A stretch of 64,000 nucleotides of DNA from positions 56,358,001 through 56,422,000 of the forward strand of contig NC_083239.1 in assembly GCF_032191835.1 (NCBI RefSeq), read 5' to 3'. The position numbers were made by a program, and so were the translations under genes. Below are positions 61,701-64,000 of the stretch, piece after piece. This stretch comes from Heteronotia binoei (Eukaryota). Numbering within the stretch: position 1 is the stretch's first letter; each line of letters opens with the position of its first letter. The notes beneath the pieces were generated by a model. The model saw only the letters and a list, made by a program, of their open reading frames with translations, did no database searches and was not told the DNA's origin.

Positions 61701-64000
61701 TACAGTTAGGATTTTTTGCTCCAATGCGCTCTGAACCACAGGAGCTGTTTGGGGTCCGGAGATGTTAAAGACACTTGTTCCGGGAGAGCAGAAGGGCAGA
61801 GAATAACCAAGGAGGAAGGATCTGGTCCCTTCCCTTTCTTGCAAGGCGTTTTGGGCTTCAGAAGACCTAGAGGGACCAAGGGGAGGCCTGCGGAAAGGCC
61901 AGCTGCTGCCACCACCAAGGTACTTCAGTGGCATTGCCTGGCACAAATGCCCTGGGGTCTCAGAAGGGCTCAATTCCAACTGGGGGGGGGAGGGCCAAGA
62001 CTCTGGCTCCACCCCAACCATTCCCCACCCACTGGTGGCAGTTCAGCCCGCTCTGCCCACCCACCCTCAAGCCAAGAACTCCAGTTGTGGAAGCAAAAAC
62101 TTCCTAGTGAGGCTGGCAGTTCTCACAAGACCTATTTGCCCTCTCTGCAAACTGACTTCATGCCCTGCGGGGCGTGTCCTTGTCGCTATGGAACACATGT
62201 CCTTCAAAGGCCATGGCATGTCCAAGGGATTCATGGGTACGGCCAGCTGCAGAGCATCTCCTCCTCCCCCTCCCCCCCCCGCACATGGAGCAGGGCAGCG
62301 TCTCTTGCCAATGCAGGGGCATCCTTGCCCCCAGGCCCACAAGCCATGTCAGGCTAGTTGCTGCTCTAGAAGGGAGGCTGTCCAGGGAATCACAGCTGTG
62401 GCAGCAGCCGCATCCACACCAGCCAGCCCAATGGTGCTCTAATCTACTTTGAAAGCCCCCCCCACCCAAAAAAAACCTTTTGGAGGTTTGAACAGCCCTT
62501 CTCTCAAACCCCTCCTCCACCCTGGTGGGCTCCATTTCCCTGCTAGGGCTTCCCCTTCTCCACTTTGGCCCATTTGTGGCCTGGTTTTAGCAGCTTTCAG
62601 GCAGAGAAGGGAGTCTTGGACTATGCTCAGGCCGGGCCATGGTCTTTCCAGAACCCCTCAGACTGGGGGCTCCTCCCAGGCATCTCAAAGCCTTTTCCCC
62701 CTGGGCCCAGCTCTCTGTTATGCCAACCCGGGCAGCAGGACCAGGTTTGGGGGAGGCTGCTGGCAGCAGCTTCAGGGGGGCAAGTGCATCGCAGGAGAAG
62801 CTGGCTTCCTCCTGTTCCCATGCAGCTTGCCCTGGGGAGGGGGGCACAGCTCCCCCCAGAGCAGCTGGCATCCCTCTCCCAGGCCACCCCGCCCACCCCT
62901 CAGCAGCTGGATTTAATCTCAGCCGCCTGTTCCGGAAAGGGGAACCACAGCACTCCAAAAGAGAGCACATTTTTCCACTGCAACGACACGCAAAAATGCT
63001 GGGCTGGGGCGGGCGCTCACTTTCCTCCCCCCTCCCCCACCCAGCCAGCCGGATGGCTTCATCTGTTTTGCTCGGTTTCCATGCAAAAATGGGACACAGC
63101 AGTGTGCGCGCGCACACACACGCAGCCTGTCCCCAGCCCCACAACCAGACCCTCACTCAGTCCTCACAGGAGACCGCCCCCGGCCCGGTTCAGCCTCCCC
63201 CCAGAAAGACGGCCGTGAGTGGGGGAGCTCATCCCAAGGTGGGCTCCTCCTGCCCCCCCATGCTGAGAGCTGTGCCTTTGCTGGAGACCCCCCCTCGCCC
63301 CACCCCTGCCCACCCTCCCAGCTACCGTTCTTGTAGGGCTTGCTGGAGCCCCCCTGGCCACAGGGGAAGGCCACGCCCTCCATTCCTTGCTGCCCCCTCT
63401 TGGAAACAGGAGGCTGGTCCTGTTAGGGTTGCCAAGCTGCAGGTGGCAGCTGGAGATCTCCTGGGAAGCTGGATGTCAGTTGGAGGAAAGGGCTGCTCCT
63501 TTGGGTGTTCTACCTAGGCTGAGGTCTCCCCCCAAAGCCGCCCTCCCTCAGTCTCCTGTGTTTCCTCCATCCAAGGGGCAGCAAGGCCTGCTGGGGGGGG
63601 GGGGGCTTTGGCCAGTGACTGCAGGCCAGCCCCACCCCCATGTCATGACTGTGGGGCAGGCAGAGCCAGCTTGGGGGCTGCGGTGGTTGTTCTTGGCTCC
63701 TCCAGCCGGAGGCCTGGCTGGGCAGAGGGAGGGAATGTTTGTTTCCAAAGCCCTCTTCCCTTCCACTCTTGAGGGGAACCAGCCGCGCTGGCCAGCTGCA
63801 CTGGGAACGCGCCCTGGGGGGTCCAGACACAAAGGAGGCGGGGAGGCTGGGAAAGCGGGGGGGGGGGGGAAGAAGGAGCATGGCCCCACCCCTCAGCAAA
63901 AGAGCCACCGCGACTGAGGAATCCAGATCTGCCCCCCATCCCCACTCCCATACCTTGCACCAAGGGGAGGAGGAGGAGGGGAGGCGGAAGAGGGGAGGGG

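Noticed and set aside
51107-64000. NUMBL, expected next by synteny
   Set aside because: No MNKLRQS or PTB-domain exon seen in any frame; the gene probably starts beyond the right edge. ORFs such as 62639-63517 look like GC-rich noise.

Overview
This is vertebrate nuclear DNA from a squamate reptile, probably a gecko (Sauria SINEs, Squam3-like SINEs, CR1 and Penelope-like debris). It is GC-rich and has two N gaps. The gene order matches human 19q13.2 in reverse: MIA (-, exons 1-3), SNRPA/U1A (-, complete), ACTMAP/C19orf54 (+, complete, with one U12 minor intron), ITPKC (-, exons 2-7, first coding exon unresolved) and COQ8B/ADCK4 (+, 14 coding exons). About 13 kb of repeat-rich DNA follows, with no recognisable NUMBL exon. 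There are no prokaryotic systems, and most listed ORFs are exon read-through or noise. Best observations: (1) an intact U1A polyadenylation-inhibition element with a variant AUAGCAC box; (2) two CR1 copies 56 kb apart carrying the same hAT MITE at the same site and orientation; (3) five tandem arrays of CR1 3' ends from three subfamilies, two of them forming an inverted pair that shares an identical 35-nt junction; (4) apparently TE-supplied branch points in two terminal introns; (5) an unresolved ITPKC 5' end with an internal CpG island backed by a 21-bp G-rich VNTR. All exon boundaries and alignments were read by eye, and repeat family names are recalled, not database-verified.
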